A stretch of DNA of 64,000 bases, from NCBI GenBank assembly GCA_965243025.1, contig CBDETY010000003.1, positions 3,872,001 through 3,936,000 on the forward strand, in the 5' to 3' direction. The notes under the pieces were generated by a model. That model saw nothing but the letters and a program-made list of their open reading frames with translations. It searched no databases and was not told where the DNA came from. Positions 17,833 to 27,442 of this stretch are shown piece by piece. Within the stretch, counting starts at the first letter, position 1, and the number at the start of each line of letters is the position of its first letter. The position numbers and the translations under genes were made by a program. This stretch comes from Candidatus Latescibacterota bacterium (GTDB lineage: Bacteria > Latescibacterota > UBA2968 > UBA8231).

Positions 17833-19026
17833 ATGAACCGAGAAAGAAAAGACACTGACCTCCTCGACCTGCTGGCCGCTCTCCACGCGGGGCGAAAGAT
17901 GATTGTCGGAGGCACCCTGGGCATGTGCGTCCTCGCGGGGGCGCTCAGTTTCCTGGTGCCGGAAGAGTACGAAGCGACGGCGCAGATTCTGCCCCCGAAG
18001 GAGCAGAAGCAGGGGTTCGGGTTTTCCGAGCTCCTGGCGGCGCTGCCGATCCCGACCCTGCGACTGGGAGAAAAGGGCACCCCGGCCGACATCTTCATCG
18101 CCACGATGAAGATCCCGGGAACGCGCCGGATGATGGTCGAGGAGTTCGACCTGCTGCAGCGCTATGACGTCGAAACCATGACCGACGCGATCGAGGTCCT
18201 CGCGGCGAAAACCACGGTGGACAAGACCGAGGAGGGCACGATCCAGATTTCCGTGCTCGACGAGGACCCGCAGAAGGCCGCGGACATGGCCAACCACTAC
18301 ATCGCGCTGCTCGACCTCACCAACAGGAAGATCTCGCACAAGACCGCCTCCGAGCGCCTCGACTTCATCCGCGAGCTTCTGGAGGAGGAGGACCAGAAGC
18401 TCGAGAAGAAGATGGACCTGCTGGAGGAGTTCCAGTCCGAGTACAACGCCATCTCCATCGAGGACCAGGCGCGCGCCGTTATCGGGGCCGCGGCGGGGAT
18501 GCAGACCGAAGCCATGGAGCTGGAGATCTCCCGCCAGGGGTTGATCCTCTCCGGACTCGACGCCGGACACGACAGGGTGAAAAAGCTCCAGCAGGAGATC
18601 CTGCTGCGGCAGGAAGCCATGGCCATTCTCCGGGACGGACTCGAGGTCGGCAGCGGCGACCTGCTCCGCAGAAAAACGCTGCAGCTGGAGCTGGACGAGA
18701 ACCTCTTTCTGCCGCTGAAGCAGATCCCGGGGGTCGCCCAGGAGTTCGCCACCCGGGAAAAGGACGTGCTGGTTCAGAAGGCGCTGTTGCAGCTCCTGCT
18801 GCAACAGGAGGCCGAGGCGCTGATCGAGGCCAAGAACACGACGTCGACGGTGCAGGTCCTCGATCCGGCCGTGGCGCCGGAGATCAAGGCGCGGCCGCGG
18901 CGGCTGCTCATCATCCTCATCACGGGGGTGCTCAGCCTTTTCGCCTCGCTCAGCTATACCCTGGGAATGGTGTACTTCGGGGATATCCGGCAGCGCTGGC
19001 GGGAGGAGCGAAGGGAGACCTCCTGA
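17833..19026 (+). CDS. Polysaccharide co-polymerase / chain-length determinant (Wzz/GumC-like, no kinase domain)
   Basis: N- and C-terminal TM helices, YEATAQILPP, coiled-coil core, VQVLDPAVAPEIKARPRR. Confidence 0.85.
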   Translation: MNRERKDTDLLDLLAALHAGRKMIVGGTLGMCVLAGALSFLVPEEYEATAQILPPKEQKQGFGFSELLAALPIPTLRLGEKGTPADIFIATMKIPGTRRMMVEEFDLLQRYDVETMTDAIEVLAAKTTVDKTEEGTIQISVLDEDPQKAADMANHYIALLDLTNRKISHKTASERLDFIRELLEEEDQKLEKKMDLLEEFQSEYNAISIEDQARAVIGAAAGMQTEAMELEISRQGLILSGLDAGHDRVKKLQQEILLRQEAMAILRDGLEVGSGDLLRRKTLQLELDENLFLPLKQIPGVAQEFATREKDVLVQKALLQLLLQQEAEALIEAKNTTSTVQVLDPAVAPEIKARPRRLLIILITGVLSLFASLSYTLGMVYFGDIRQRWREERRETS

Positions 19027-19085
19027 GGCCGGAGCCGGTCCTCGACCGCTCCCGATCCTTCCCGGGCATCCTGGGGCGGCCGCGG

Positions 19086-20234
19086 CTAACCCCTGCCGAC
19101 CGGCTGCCAGACCCGGTGGCGGCGGCCGCTCAGGAAGTGCAGGAGTCCCAGCAAGGCACCCCAGTTGGTGGCGCAGAAATAGGCGGGAATGTAGAACAGC
19201 CAGTGCCGCCCCAGTGGTTCCGGCAACGCGATGCCCAGCAGCGCCAGCCCGTAAAAGGCGGCCTGCAGGGCCAGAAGGACGCGATACGTCTCCCCCTCTC
19301 CGACCAGGAGGAGATTGAGCCCGAGAACCGCCACCAGCAACAGCGGCGCCAGCCAGCGCAGCAGTTTGTGCGACGCCATCTGAAAGGCGAAAAGGAGATG
19401 GGCGGCCGGGTTGAGCACCCCCCGCTCGGTCCAGAGACCGTACAGGGAGCGCGAGACGATGCGGCGGCGGCGGCGGCACTCGTCGGCGAAGTTGCCAGGG
19501 CTGACTTCGGTGGCCACTGCCAGCGGCGCGTACACCACCCGGTAGCCCTGACGCCAGACGCGGATGGGCATGATGAAGTCGCTGATTATTTCGCTTCCCA
19601 GCACCTCGAAACAGTCGCGCCTGAGCGCGTAGATCGCCCCGTTGGCCCCCAGTGTCGAGCTGAGCATGCTCTCCCTGAGCTTGAGGAACTGCTCGTAGCG
19701 CCAGTACGCCCCCTCCCCCTTGCCCGCCCCTCCTTCCCCGGGGTTGGCGTATCGAAGCTCGCCGCAGACGCACCCCACCCCCGGGTCGGCAAATGGAGCC
19801 AGAAGCTCCTTCAGGGCGTCGGGGGAATACATGCTGTTGGCGTCCGAAAACACCAGGAAATCCCCCCGGGCAAGCTCCACGCCGGCGTTCTGGGCCGCGG
19901 TTTTTCCGCCGCGCTCCGGCATCCGGTGAAGGCGCACCCCGCGCCCGGCGAATTCCGCAGCGATGCGGTCGGTGCCGTCCGTCGAAGCGTCGGAAACCAC
20001 GACGACCTCCAGCCTGTCGGCCGGGTAGTCGATGGCCAGGGTATTTTCCAGCTTGGCCCGCAGCACCGACTCCTCGTTGTAGGCGGCGATGACGATGGCC
20101 ACCCCGGGCAATTCCTCCATGGGAGCGTACCGGGGTGTCCTCCGTCCCGCGGTCAGCAGGTAGAGCAGAACGGGGTAGATCAGGTAGGTATGGGCGATGA
20201 GAACTACAGAGGCCCAAAAGGCGACTGCTGGCAT
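19086..20234 (-). CDS. GT2 glycosyltransferase (CesA-like)
   Basis: IAAYNEE, DASTDGT, FSDAN, GANGAIYA, SDF, RRRRI. Confidence 0.9.
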   Translation of the reverse strand: MPAVAFWASVVLIAHTYLIYPVLLYLLTAGRRTPRYAPMEELPGVAIVIAAYNEESVLRAKLENTLAIDYPADRLEVVVVSDASTDGTDRIAAEFAGRGVRLHRMPERGGKTAAQNAGVELARGDFLVFSDANSMYSPDALKELLAPFADPGVGCVCGELRYANPGEGGAGKGEGAYWRYEQFLKLRESMLSSTLGANGAIYALRRDCFEVLGSEIISDFIMPIRVWRQGYRVVYAPLAVATEVSPGNFADECRRRRRIVSRSLYGLWTERGVLNPAAHLLFAFQMASHKLLRWLAPLLLVAVLGLNLLLVGEGETYRVLLALQAAFYGLALLGIALPEPLGRHWLFYIPAYFCATNWGALLGLLHFLSGRRHRVWQPVGRG

Positions 20235-20389
20235 CCTGGTTGCTGGAATGAGAGGAGAATCGCGGCCGGGGGGTGTCTATGAATTATCTTCCGCTGATGC
20301 GGTAATCGCAACCGTTGTTCCCGGCCGCCGAGGGTTCGGGGGAGAGCGGGCCGGGGAAGCGAACTGAACGGAAGGATCCCGCACCATCC

Positions 20390-21502
20390 ATGCCCAGCGT
20401 CGTTCACTTTACCACCGTCCACGACCCTTTCGACAGCCGCGTCTTTCACCGCGAGTGCAAGACCCTGAGCGAAGCCGGCTACGACGTCGTGCTGCTGGCG
20501 CCGGGCGGGAACGACTCCACGGTCGACGGCATCCTGGTCGGAGGGCTGCCCCGATGGGGCAACCGCCTCCTGCGCATGAGCCTTGGAGTCGGCCGCACCC
20601 TCCTCAAGGCCCTGGGGAAGCGGGCCGACATCTATCACTTCCACGACCCGGAGCTGATCCCCGCCGGCCTGCTTTTGCGGCTCCTGGGAAAACGCGTGGT
20701 CTACGACATCCACGAGGACAACCGCACCGCCCTCGAGGAACGGGAATACCTCCCCGCCCCGCTGCGCGCCCTGACCGCCAGGCTCCTCTCCCGGGCCGAA
20801 GAAGGCAGCAGCCGGCACTTTCACCTCGTCCTTGCGGAGCGCTACTACGCCGAGCGCTTTCCCCGCGGGCAGACGGTCCTCAACTACGCCCGCTTTCCCG
20901 CCCTGGACGAAGACCGGTTGCGGGCCCGTCCCGGCGCCGGGCACCCGCGGCTCATATACACCGGGAACGTCAAACCCTACCGCGGGGCGCACCTCCACGC
21001 CGGGCTTCTGCAGCACCTTCCCGACGCCGAGCTCTTCCTGGTCGGCCGCTGCGAGCCGGAGCTGGCGGCCGGGCTTCGGGCGGGCTCCGACCCGGAGCGC
21101 CTCCACTTCGAAGGCGTGGGAGGCTACGTCCCCCACGAGCGTATCGTCTCGTACTATCTCCGCGAGTGCTGGACCGCCGGCCTCGCACTCTTCCCCCCCG
21201 GCCGGCACACCCGGCGCAAGGAGCTGACCAAGGTTTTCGAATACATGGCCTACGGCATTCCCGTGCTCTGCGCCGACTTCCCGAACCTGCGCCGGATCGT
21301 CGAAGGCGCCGAATGCGGAATCTGCGTCGACCCCGAAGACGGAGCCGCCGCCGCGGAGGCGGTGCGCTTTTTGTGGGAGCACCCCGGGGCGGCGCGGCGC
21401 ATGGGAGAGAACGGACGGGAGGCGGCGCGGACGACCTACAACTGGGACACCCAGGCGGAGAAGCTGCTGCGCCTCTACGAAAAGATCCTCCAACCCGGAT
21501 AG
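20390..21502 (+). CDS. GT4 glycosyltransferase
   Basis: DSRVFHREC..L, YHFHDPEL, YDIHED, KVFEYMAYGIPV. Confidence 0.9.
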   Translation: MPSVVHFTTVHDPFDSRVFHRECKTLSEAGYDVVLLAPGGNDSTVDGILVGGLPRWGNRLLRMSLGVGRTLLKALGKRADIYHFHDPELIPAGLLLRLLGKRVVYDIHEDNRTALEEREYLPAPLRALTARLLSRAEEGSSRHFHLVLAERYYAERFPRGQTVLNYARFPALDEDRLRARPGAGHPRLIYTGNVKPYRGAHLHAGLLQHLPDAELFLVGRCEPELAAGLRAGSDPERLHFEGVGGYVPHERIVSYYLRECWTAGLALFPPGRHTRRKELTKVFEYMAYGIPVLCADFPNLRRIVEGAECGICVDPEDGAAAAEAVRFLWEHPGAARRMGENGREAARTTYNWDTQAEKLLRLYEKILQPG

Positions 21503-21505
21503 ACC

Positions 21506-22264
21506 ATGGCCGACGCCCGCCTGCAGCGAGAAGCCGAGTTCCACGACCAGGCCTTTGCCGGAAACGCCCGTGCCCGCGCCGGCAAGTTCTACTCCGTCGC
21601 AGCCTCGGCCAGGCGGCACTACCACGCCCTGATCGGCGAAGACTGCGCCGGCCTGAGAGTGCTCGAGTACGGATGCGGCAAGGGCAGCCACTCGTTTACC
21701 CTTGCCCGTCTCGGCGCCGATGTCGTCGGCATCGACCTCTCCCCGGAAGGGATTCGACAGGCGACCTCCCGGGCGGGTGAAGAGAAGCTGGGAGACCGGC
21801 TTTCCTTTGAAGTGATGGACGCCGAAGCGCTGGCGTTCCCCGACAACCATTTCGACCTGGTCTGCGGCAGCGGCATCCTCCACCACCTGGACCTGGAGGC
21901 TGCCTGCGGGGAGTTGGTCCGCGTGCTCAAGCCCGAAGCCCGGGCGGTTTTCTTCGAGCCGCTGGGGCACAATCCGTTGATCAACCTCTACCGCAGGCTG
22001 ACCCCGAAGATGCGGTCCGAAGACGAGCATCCGCTTGTGGGGAACGACCTGAAAACACTCACCGGGCACTTCCGGGAGACCGATACCCGCTGTTTCGCCC
22101 TGTGTACCCTGCTGGCTGTTCCATTTCGTGGATGGCCGGCGTTCGAGCTGCTGGTACGGATTCTGGAACGAATCGACGGCCTGCTTTTCCGCCTGCCCTT
22201 TATGAGAAGGCAGGCCTGGCTCGTGGTCGTACGACTGGGGCGTCCCCTGAAGGACAACCGATGA
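21506..22264 (+). CDS. Class I SAM-dependent methyltransferase
   Basis: VLEYGCGKG, GIDLS, MDAE, ILHHL. Confidence 0.9.
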   Translation: MADARLQREAEFHDQAFAGNARARAGKFYSVAASARRHYHALIGEDCAGLRVLEYGCGKGSHSFTLARLGADVVGIDLSPEGIRQATSRAGEEKLGDRLSFEVMDAEALAFPDNHFDLVCGSGILHHLDLEAACGELVRVLKPEARAVFFEPLGHNPLINLYRRLTPKMRSEDEHPLVGNDLKTLTGHFRETDTRCFALCTLLAVPFRGWPAFELLVRILERIDGLLFRLPFMRRQAWLVVVRLGRPLKDNR

Positions 22265-22356
22265 GAGGCGCTCTCCTTTGGGGTTGCCCGGGATTGCCTG
22301 AGTTCGAGGAAATGGCCCCCGCAGGAAGGGAACAAGCCGGGCGCAGGATCGAGCGG

Positions 22357-23526
22357 TCACGACTCCTTTCCCTCGAGCACCTCCTCGTAAAGCGCGTGGA
22401 TCCGCGCCGCAGCCCGCCGGTAGTCGTAGCGTTCCCCCGTCCGCCGCCGTATCTCCTCCCGGTCGTAGCTTTCGTATTCGTCCAGGACGGCGAGAATGCC
22501 CTCGGCCAGGTCCCCGGAGTCCCCGACGGCGACCAGACGCCCTGTCGCGTCGTCCACCATCTCCTCGGGACCGCCGCAGCGGGTGGCCACCACCGGCAGG
22601 CCGCAGGCCATCGCCTCGATCAGCACGATACCGAAGCTGTCGTAGAAACTGGGCAGGACCACGATGTCGGACGCGGCCATGTGGCGAGGCATCTCTTCGG
22701 GGGGCACCGCATCCCTGAACTCCACGCATTCCGACAGTCCCAGGGCCGCGACCTGCGGCAGAAAAGGCCCGGACGTCCCGGTGGCCGGATGGCCCCCGAT
22801 CAGGGTCAGTGATACATCGGAACGGCGGCGGCGCAGTTTCGCCAGCGCCTCCAGCAGGACACGCAGCCCCTTTTCCTCGACGAACCGGCCCACGTAGAGG
22901 AGCCGCCACCCCCCTTCTCCCGGCCGCCGGGAAACCGCAGCGGAAAAGAGCCCGCAGTCGACCCCGTTGGGTATCCAGCGCACCTTTCCGGCGCCTACCC
23001 CGAGCTCCAGGACGTCGCTGCGAAGACCCCGGCTCACGGCGACGACGGCATCCGCCCTTTCCAGGGCTTCAACGGTCAGCCGCCGCCACCGGGGATCGAG
23101 ACGGGGCAGACTCTTGATGTCGAAACCGTGAACGGTGATTACCACCGGTTTGCCGTTGCGGGCTCCGTATTCCACGGCCGCCAGGCCGTCCGGATAGGCG
23201 CAGTGGGCGTGCACGAGATCCGGCGCGGCGAGATCGCAGCGTTCCAGGGCCCGGAGGTGGAATCGCCATTGCCTGGCGAACAGGATCCGGCGCGGCAGCG
23301 CAAGACGCCGGGGATGGCATATCCGCAAGCCATCCATCACTTCGACGCGCGGGACGCGCCGGTAGGCGCTCCAGCGCCCGAAGCCGGGAAACGGAAACCA
23401 GGGAACCGGTGCGGCCACCTCGATCGAGCAATGCTCCCCGAGAAACCGCAGCTGGTTGTGGACGAAGGTCCCGCTCGCCGGCGCGTAGCTGTTGGGATAG
23501 AGGTGGGAAAGGACCAGGACCTTCAC
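22357..23526 (-). CDS. GT4 glycosyltransferase (TuaC-like)
   Basis: LYP.....SG.FV, HAH..YPDG, VGRF...KG, PS..DSFGIVLIEAMACGLPVV. Confidence 0.9.
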   Translation of the reverse strand: MKVLVLSHLYPNSYAPASGTFVHNQLRFLGEHCSIEVAAPVPWFPFPGFGRWSAYRRVPRVEVMDGLRICHPRRLALPRRILFARQWRFHLRALERCDLAAPDLVHAHCAYPDGLAAVEYGARNGKPVVITVHGFDIKSLPRLDPRWRRLTVEALERADAVVAVSRGLRSDVLELGVGAGKVRWIPNGVDCGLFSAAVSRRPGEGGWRLLYVGRFVEEKGLRVLLEALAKLRRRRSDVSLTLIGGHPATGTSGPFLPQVAALGLSECVEFRDAVPPEEMPRHMAASDIVVLPSFYDSFGIVLIEAMACGLPVVATRCGGPEEMVDDATGRLVAVGDSGDLAEGILAVLDEYESYDREEIRRRTGERYDYRRAAARIHALYEEVLEGKES

Positions 23527-23635
23527 GTTTGCTCCTCGCCTCGGTGGAAGTCCGGCATCGGGAAGGAAACCGCCCGGAGCAAGCCTTCAGTCCCCGACGG
23601 GCCGGACCCGAAAGGACGCGAAGCGGCCGCGACGT

Positions 23636-25099
23636 TCACCCCGTGCGGGAATCCGGCTCCGTCCGCGAATCGGCATCCAGCTGCTGCACGGCAAACGTCA
23701 TGCCGATACAGAACCAGAACATGTTGTTGGGCAGGTCGCCGTTGAAGGACTGGTTGACCTGAAAGCCCACGAAGGTGGCGATCAGGCCCATCGCCACGGC
23801 GCGAAAGTAGGGGTCCTGCATCTGCCGGAAGCGTTTCAGGCTCAAAAAGAACGTCCGCCCCATCAGCCACACAAAGACAGCGAAACCGACGATACCCAGC
23901 TCCCCCAGGACCGTGGTGACGACGGTGTGGGCTTCGTTGACGTGGCTCCAGTGGGGGTACCCGGGGGGGGCGTACTGGGAGAATACATAGGGGAAAGCCC
24001 GCCAACCGATGCCGAGGACGGGATGGTCGAAGAACATGTCGAGGGAGGCCATGATCAGGTAGATGCGAGCCGTGCTCGAGGTGCGGCCGATCGAGCCGAA
24101 CTGGTCGAAAAGGGTGAAGATGGATATGAAGCGCTCGAAGATGTACTCGGCAAACGGAACGAACTGCTTCAACCCCAGGACGAGAATGACGGAGGCGAAC
24201 ATGACGATGAACAGATAGCGCAGCTTGCGGCTCAGCCAGAGGATGACCATCACGCCCAGCATCGTCGCCACCCAGCTCGAACGGCTGAACGAGGCCAGCA
24301 GCCCGGCCAGGCCGATGAGTACCGACAGGGCGAAGAACAGCCGCTGCCATACCGGCAGACGGTAGTTCAGCAGAACCGCCAGCAGCGGCAGCATTCCGCT
24401 CATCAGGAACATGGCGAAGATGTTGGGATTGTGGAACGTTCCCGTCGCCCTCGGCACGTTGCCGCCCAGGGCGGTGATGACCTTGACCGGCAGGTGGAAC
24501 TGGCCGGTGATCACCTGGTAGGTGCCCATCACCGCCCCGGCGATCGTACAGACGACCATCGACCACAGCACCAGGGACACCGCCCGCCTGGAGTCGATGA
24601 TGACCTTGATCATGTAGGCGAAGAGGCCCAGGGCGGAGATCCGGAAGAAGCTGACTGTCGCCTCGGGCTGGTTGGGGGAATAGGTCAGCGATACGGCGAT
24701 GCAGCACAGGAACAGGATCAGCGGCGCCTTTATCTCGAAATCGGGAAAACGGGTGCGCTTGTTCAGACAGACATGGGCTGCCAGGGCGAGTACCAGCAGC
24801 CCGAAAGTCAGGTGGAAGCCGGTCAGGTGAAAGATGCCCTTCACCTTGCCCGCCTCGGTCAACAGCCGTCCCGTGCTGTCCAGTCCGGAGGTCAGGAATA
24901 TGAGCGGGATGATGATCCAGGGCTTCATCAGCACCGCGGCGATGTAGGCGGCGACGCACAGGAAGCCGATCAGGAAGAAGGGCAGCAGCTCGGTGACGAA
25001 GATGCTTGCCGCCGCCACCGCCGCCTGGAAAACCAGGAACACCGCAAACCAGCGGCGGTCGAAGAGGTCGCCCAGGTTTCTCTCAACCGGGATGCTCAT
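23636..25099 (-). CDS. O-antigen ligase/polymerase (Wzy_C) family membrane protein
   Basis: Multiple TM helices; RATGTFHNPN, SFSRSSW, HPVLGIG, AH..V..VLGELGIVG. Confidence 0.88.
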   Translation of the reverse strand: MSIPVERNLGDLFDRRWFAVFLVFQAAVAAASIFVTELLPFFLIGFLCVAAYIAAVLMKPWIIIPLIFLTSGLDSTGRLLTEAGKVKGIFHLTGFHLTFGLLVLALAAHVCLNKRTRFPDFEIKAPLILFLCCIAVSLTYSPNQPEATVSFFRISALGLFAYMIKVIIDSRRAVSLVLWSMVVCTIAGAVMGTYQVITGQFHLPVKVITALGGNVPRATGTFHNPNIFAMFLMSGMLPLLAVLLNYRLPVWQRLFFALSVLIGLAGLLASFSRSSWVATMLGVMVILWLSRKLRYLFIVMFASVILVLGLKQFVPFAEYIFERFISIFTLFDQFGSIGRTSSTARIYLIMASLDMFFDHPVLGIGWRAFPYVFSQYAPPGYPHWSHVNEAHTVVTTVLGELGIVGFAVFVWLMGRTFFLSLKRFRQMQDPYFRAVAMGLIATFVGFQVNQSFNGDLPNNMFWFCIGMTFAVQQLDADSRTEPDSRTG

Positions 25100-25140
25100 G
25101 ATTCCGGATCAGCCGGCGAAGGGGTTTGCCGTCCGCTGCA

Positions 25141-26364
25141 TCAGCGGCGCAGGAAGGCGCCCCAGCCCATGCCTTCGCCGCGCAGGTAGCGCCCCCCGAC
25201 CAGGAGCGCCCACGCCGTGCAGGCGATCGATTTCGACCAGGCGGCACCCGGCAGTCCCCAGGCGGGGATGAGCAAGAGGCCGAGCCCGATGTTGAGGGCA
25301 AGGGCGACGGCCGCCGCCCACAGGGTGATCGCCGGATACCCCTGCCCTGCCAGCTTGGTGTTGCATACCGAACCCAGTCCGAGGAAAACGAGACCCGGAA
25401 GCATCCACGCCAGCGGCAGGAAGGCTTCGGGATAGGAGGGAAACAGCCAGCCGATCAGCGGCCTGCCCGCCGCCAGCAGCGCCAGGGCGGCGGCCAGGGA
25501 AAAGAGCAATATGCCCCGGGCGACCCGCAGGCTCAACTGATCGTCCTCGCCGCGCACGACCTTCGCCAGCAGCACCGCCCCGGCCACGTCCGGCACCCGC
25601 TGCATCATCTCGGCGAAGTTGAGGGCCACCCGGTAGCTGCCGACCGAAGCCTCGCCGAGGAAGTGCTCGATAAGGAACACGTCGGCGCGCAGGAGCAGGA
25701 GGACCAGCACCACCGAGACGGCGCCGCGCCCTCCCACGGCCAGCGTCCGCCGCAGAAGCCCCCGGTCGCCGAGGGTGAACCGCCCGGCGCCGATCAGCAC
25801 CGCGAAGGCCGTGAGCCCCGCGAGGCCGGCCGCGCCCGCATAAAGCATGAGAGCGTTTTGAAGGTTCAGCAGGCCCGCCCACAGGAGAACCGCGTTGCCC
25901 CCGAGATAGACCGCGATGAAGAGGACGGGGACCGCCGCGTACGGGCGGATGCGGTCCATTCCCAGCAGCACCGCCTGTCCGGTTCGCTGCAGGACCACGA
26001 GCGCCGGCAGCGCCCCCAGGAGCGGCCACCAGTGAAGCGCCAGCGGCCCCAGAAAACGGGAAGCGGCCCCGGCCACCAGCCAGGCGATCCCCATGCCCGC
26101 CGCGAACAGCGCCAGGAAACAGAGCAGCGCGTTGTCGCGCCCCCGAGCCCCGGCATCCTCCCGCCCCACGACGTAGGTGGTCCCGCGGCGCAGCCACTCC
26201 CCCAGCAGGGTGGCGGCGATCACCGCGGTGGTGGTCCACAGGGCGAGCTGCCCGTACCCGGCCTTGCCGAGGTGGTTGGCCAGCAGCCAGTGGTTGACCA
26301 GTCCGAGGGAGAAGGCTGTTCCGGTACATATCCCGTTCAGGGAAAACCCGCGAAGGAAGTTCAT
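25141..26364 (-). CDS. Wzx-like oligosaccharide flippase (MOP superfamily)
   Basis: About 12 TM helices; LG..GYG, RADVFLI..FLG...VG.Y, LIPAWGLPGAA. Confidence 0.82.
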   Translation of the reverse strand: MNFLRGFSLNGICTGTAFSLGLVNHWLLANHLGKAGYGQLALWTTTAVIAATLLGEWLRRGTTYVVGREDAGARGRDNALLCFLALFAAGMGIAWLVAGAASRFLGPLALHWWPLLGALPALVVLQRTGQAVLLGMDRIRPYAAVPVLFIAVYLGGNAVLLWAGLLNLQNALMLYAGAAGLAGLTAFAVLIGAGRFTLGDRGLLRRTLAVGGRGAVSVVLVLLLLRADVFLIEHFLGEASVGSYRVALNFAEMMQRVPDVAGAVLLAKVVRGEDDQLSLRVARGILLFSLAAALALLAAGRPLIGWLFPSYPEAFLPLAWMLPGLVFLGLGSVCNTKLAGQGYPAITLWAAAVALALNIGLGLLLIPAWGLPGAAWSKSIACTAWALLVGGRYLRGEGMGWGAFLRR

Positions 26365-26584
26365 CCGCGAAGGAAAGGGAGGGCAGCTTCCGCCTGGATG
26401 CTCCCGGCCCCCGGGACCGCTTTGCCGAGGGAATCCGGGGTCCGGTTCGCCCCGATGCCTGCCTGGCGCCCTGTCCTGGCGATCACTCTGGCGGGTCCAC
26501 TGATCCGGCGGGGTCGGATACCGCGCCCCCGCAGACGGGTCGGGGGACAGGGCGGGGGTTCCATCGCCTGCAGGAAGGCTCCAC

Positions 26585-27382
26585 TTACGCCTCCACCCCC
26601 TGGACCTTTCCGGGCTCCAGCCCCATCGACTGGTGCTGCCGGCGCGCCGAGGCGAGGTAGCGCTGGTGGGCCTCCTCGTCGAGGCGGCAGCTCTCGCCGT
26701 ACATCACCATGGCGAAGGCGCGGCGGTGCCGCGTCGCCGACTGGTTCGGGTCGGCCCGGTGGATGATCTCGCAGTGGTGCACCGCCGCATCTCCCGGCTG
26801 CAGGTGGATGGCAACCTCCCGCGCTTCGTCGTCGGGCCCGAAGTCGGAGATTCCCTGCGAGAATCCGAGCACGCTGGTCGCCGCGTGGGGGCGCAGGCCG
26901 CGCTTGTGGGCTCCGGCGACGTAGCGCAGGCAGCCGTTCTCTTCGTCGACCGGGTCGAGGGCCAGCCAGATGGTCGCCGCATTGGCCGGCTTGAGGTTGA
27001 AGTAGTAGTTGTCCTGGTGCGGAGGGGTCGGATGCAGGGTGTCGGGCGGCTTGTTGAACCACTCCGGCTCCTTGGCCTCCACCGCTTCCCCGAGCAGGTC
27101 CTCGGCCAGCCTCACCCAGCGCGGATGCCGGGCGTACCCGGCGAAGAACGGATCGTTCCCCCCCATGTGCTGCATCTGCTTCAGGGTCCCGGGGCGGCCG
27201 CGGTCCTGGTAGAAGGCGTCGGAGTCCGGCAGGGTCGGCACGACGTCGCGGATGTAGCGGTCGAGGTTCTCCCGCAGCTCGGCGAACTCCTCCCCGGCGA
27301 GGAACTGCGGCACCACCGCGTAGCCGTCGCGGTCGAAGCCGGGTTTGTGAGCGGCGAATGTTTCGGTGACAGTGTCGGTCAT
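26585..27382 (-). CDS. Phytanoyl-CoA dioxygenase (PhyH) family Fe(II)/2OG oxygenase
   Basis: F.RDGY, KPP, HQD...H facial triad, WLALD..D.ENGCL; RBS ggaggag. Confidence 0.92.
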   Translation of the reverse strand: MTDTVTETFAAHKPGFDRDGYAVVPQFLAGEEFAELRENLDRYIRDVVPTLPDSDAFYQDRGRPGTLKQMQHMGGNDPFFAGYARHPRWVRLAEDLLGEAVEAKEPEWFNKPPDTLHPTPPHQDNYYFNLKPANAATIWLALDPVDEENGCLRYVAGAHKRGLRPHAATSVLGFSQGISDFGPDDEAREVAIHLQPGDAAVHHCEIIHRADPNQSATRHRRAFAMVMYGESCRLDEEAHQRYLASARRQHQSMGLEPGKVQGVEA

Positions 27383-27442
27383 CGGTCGCTCCTCCATCGG
27401 TCAATAGGCATGTAAATATAACTGCCGGCTGCCGGGAGGCGG

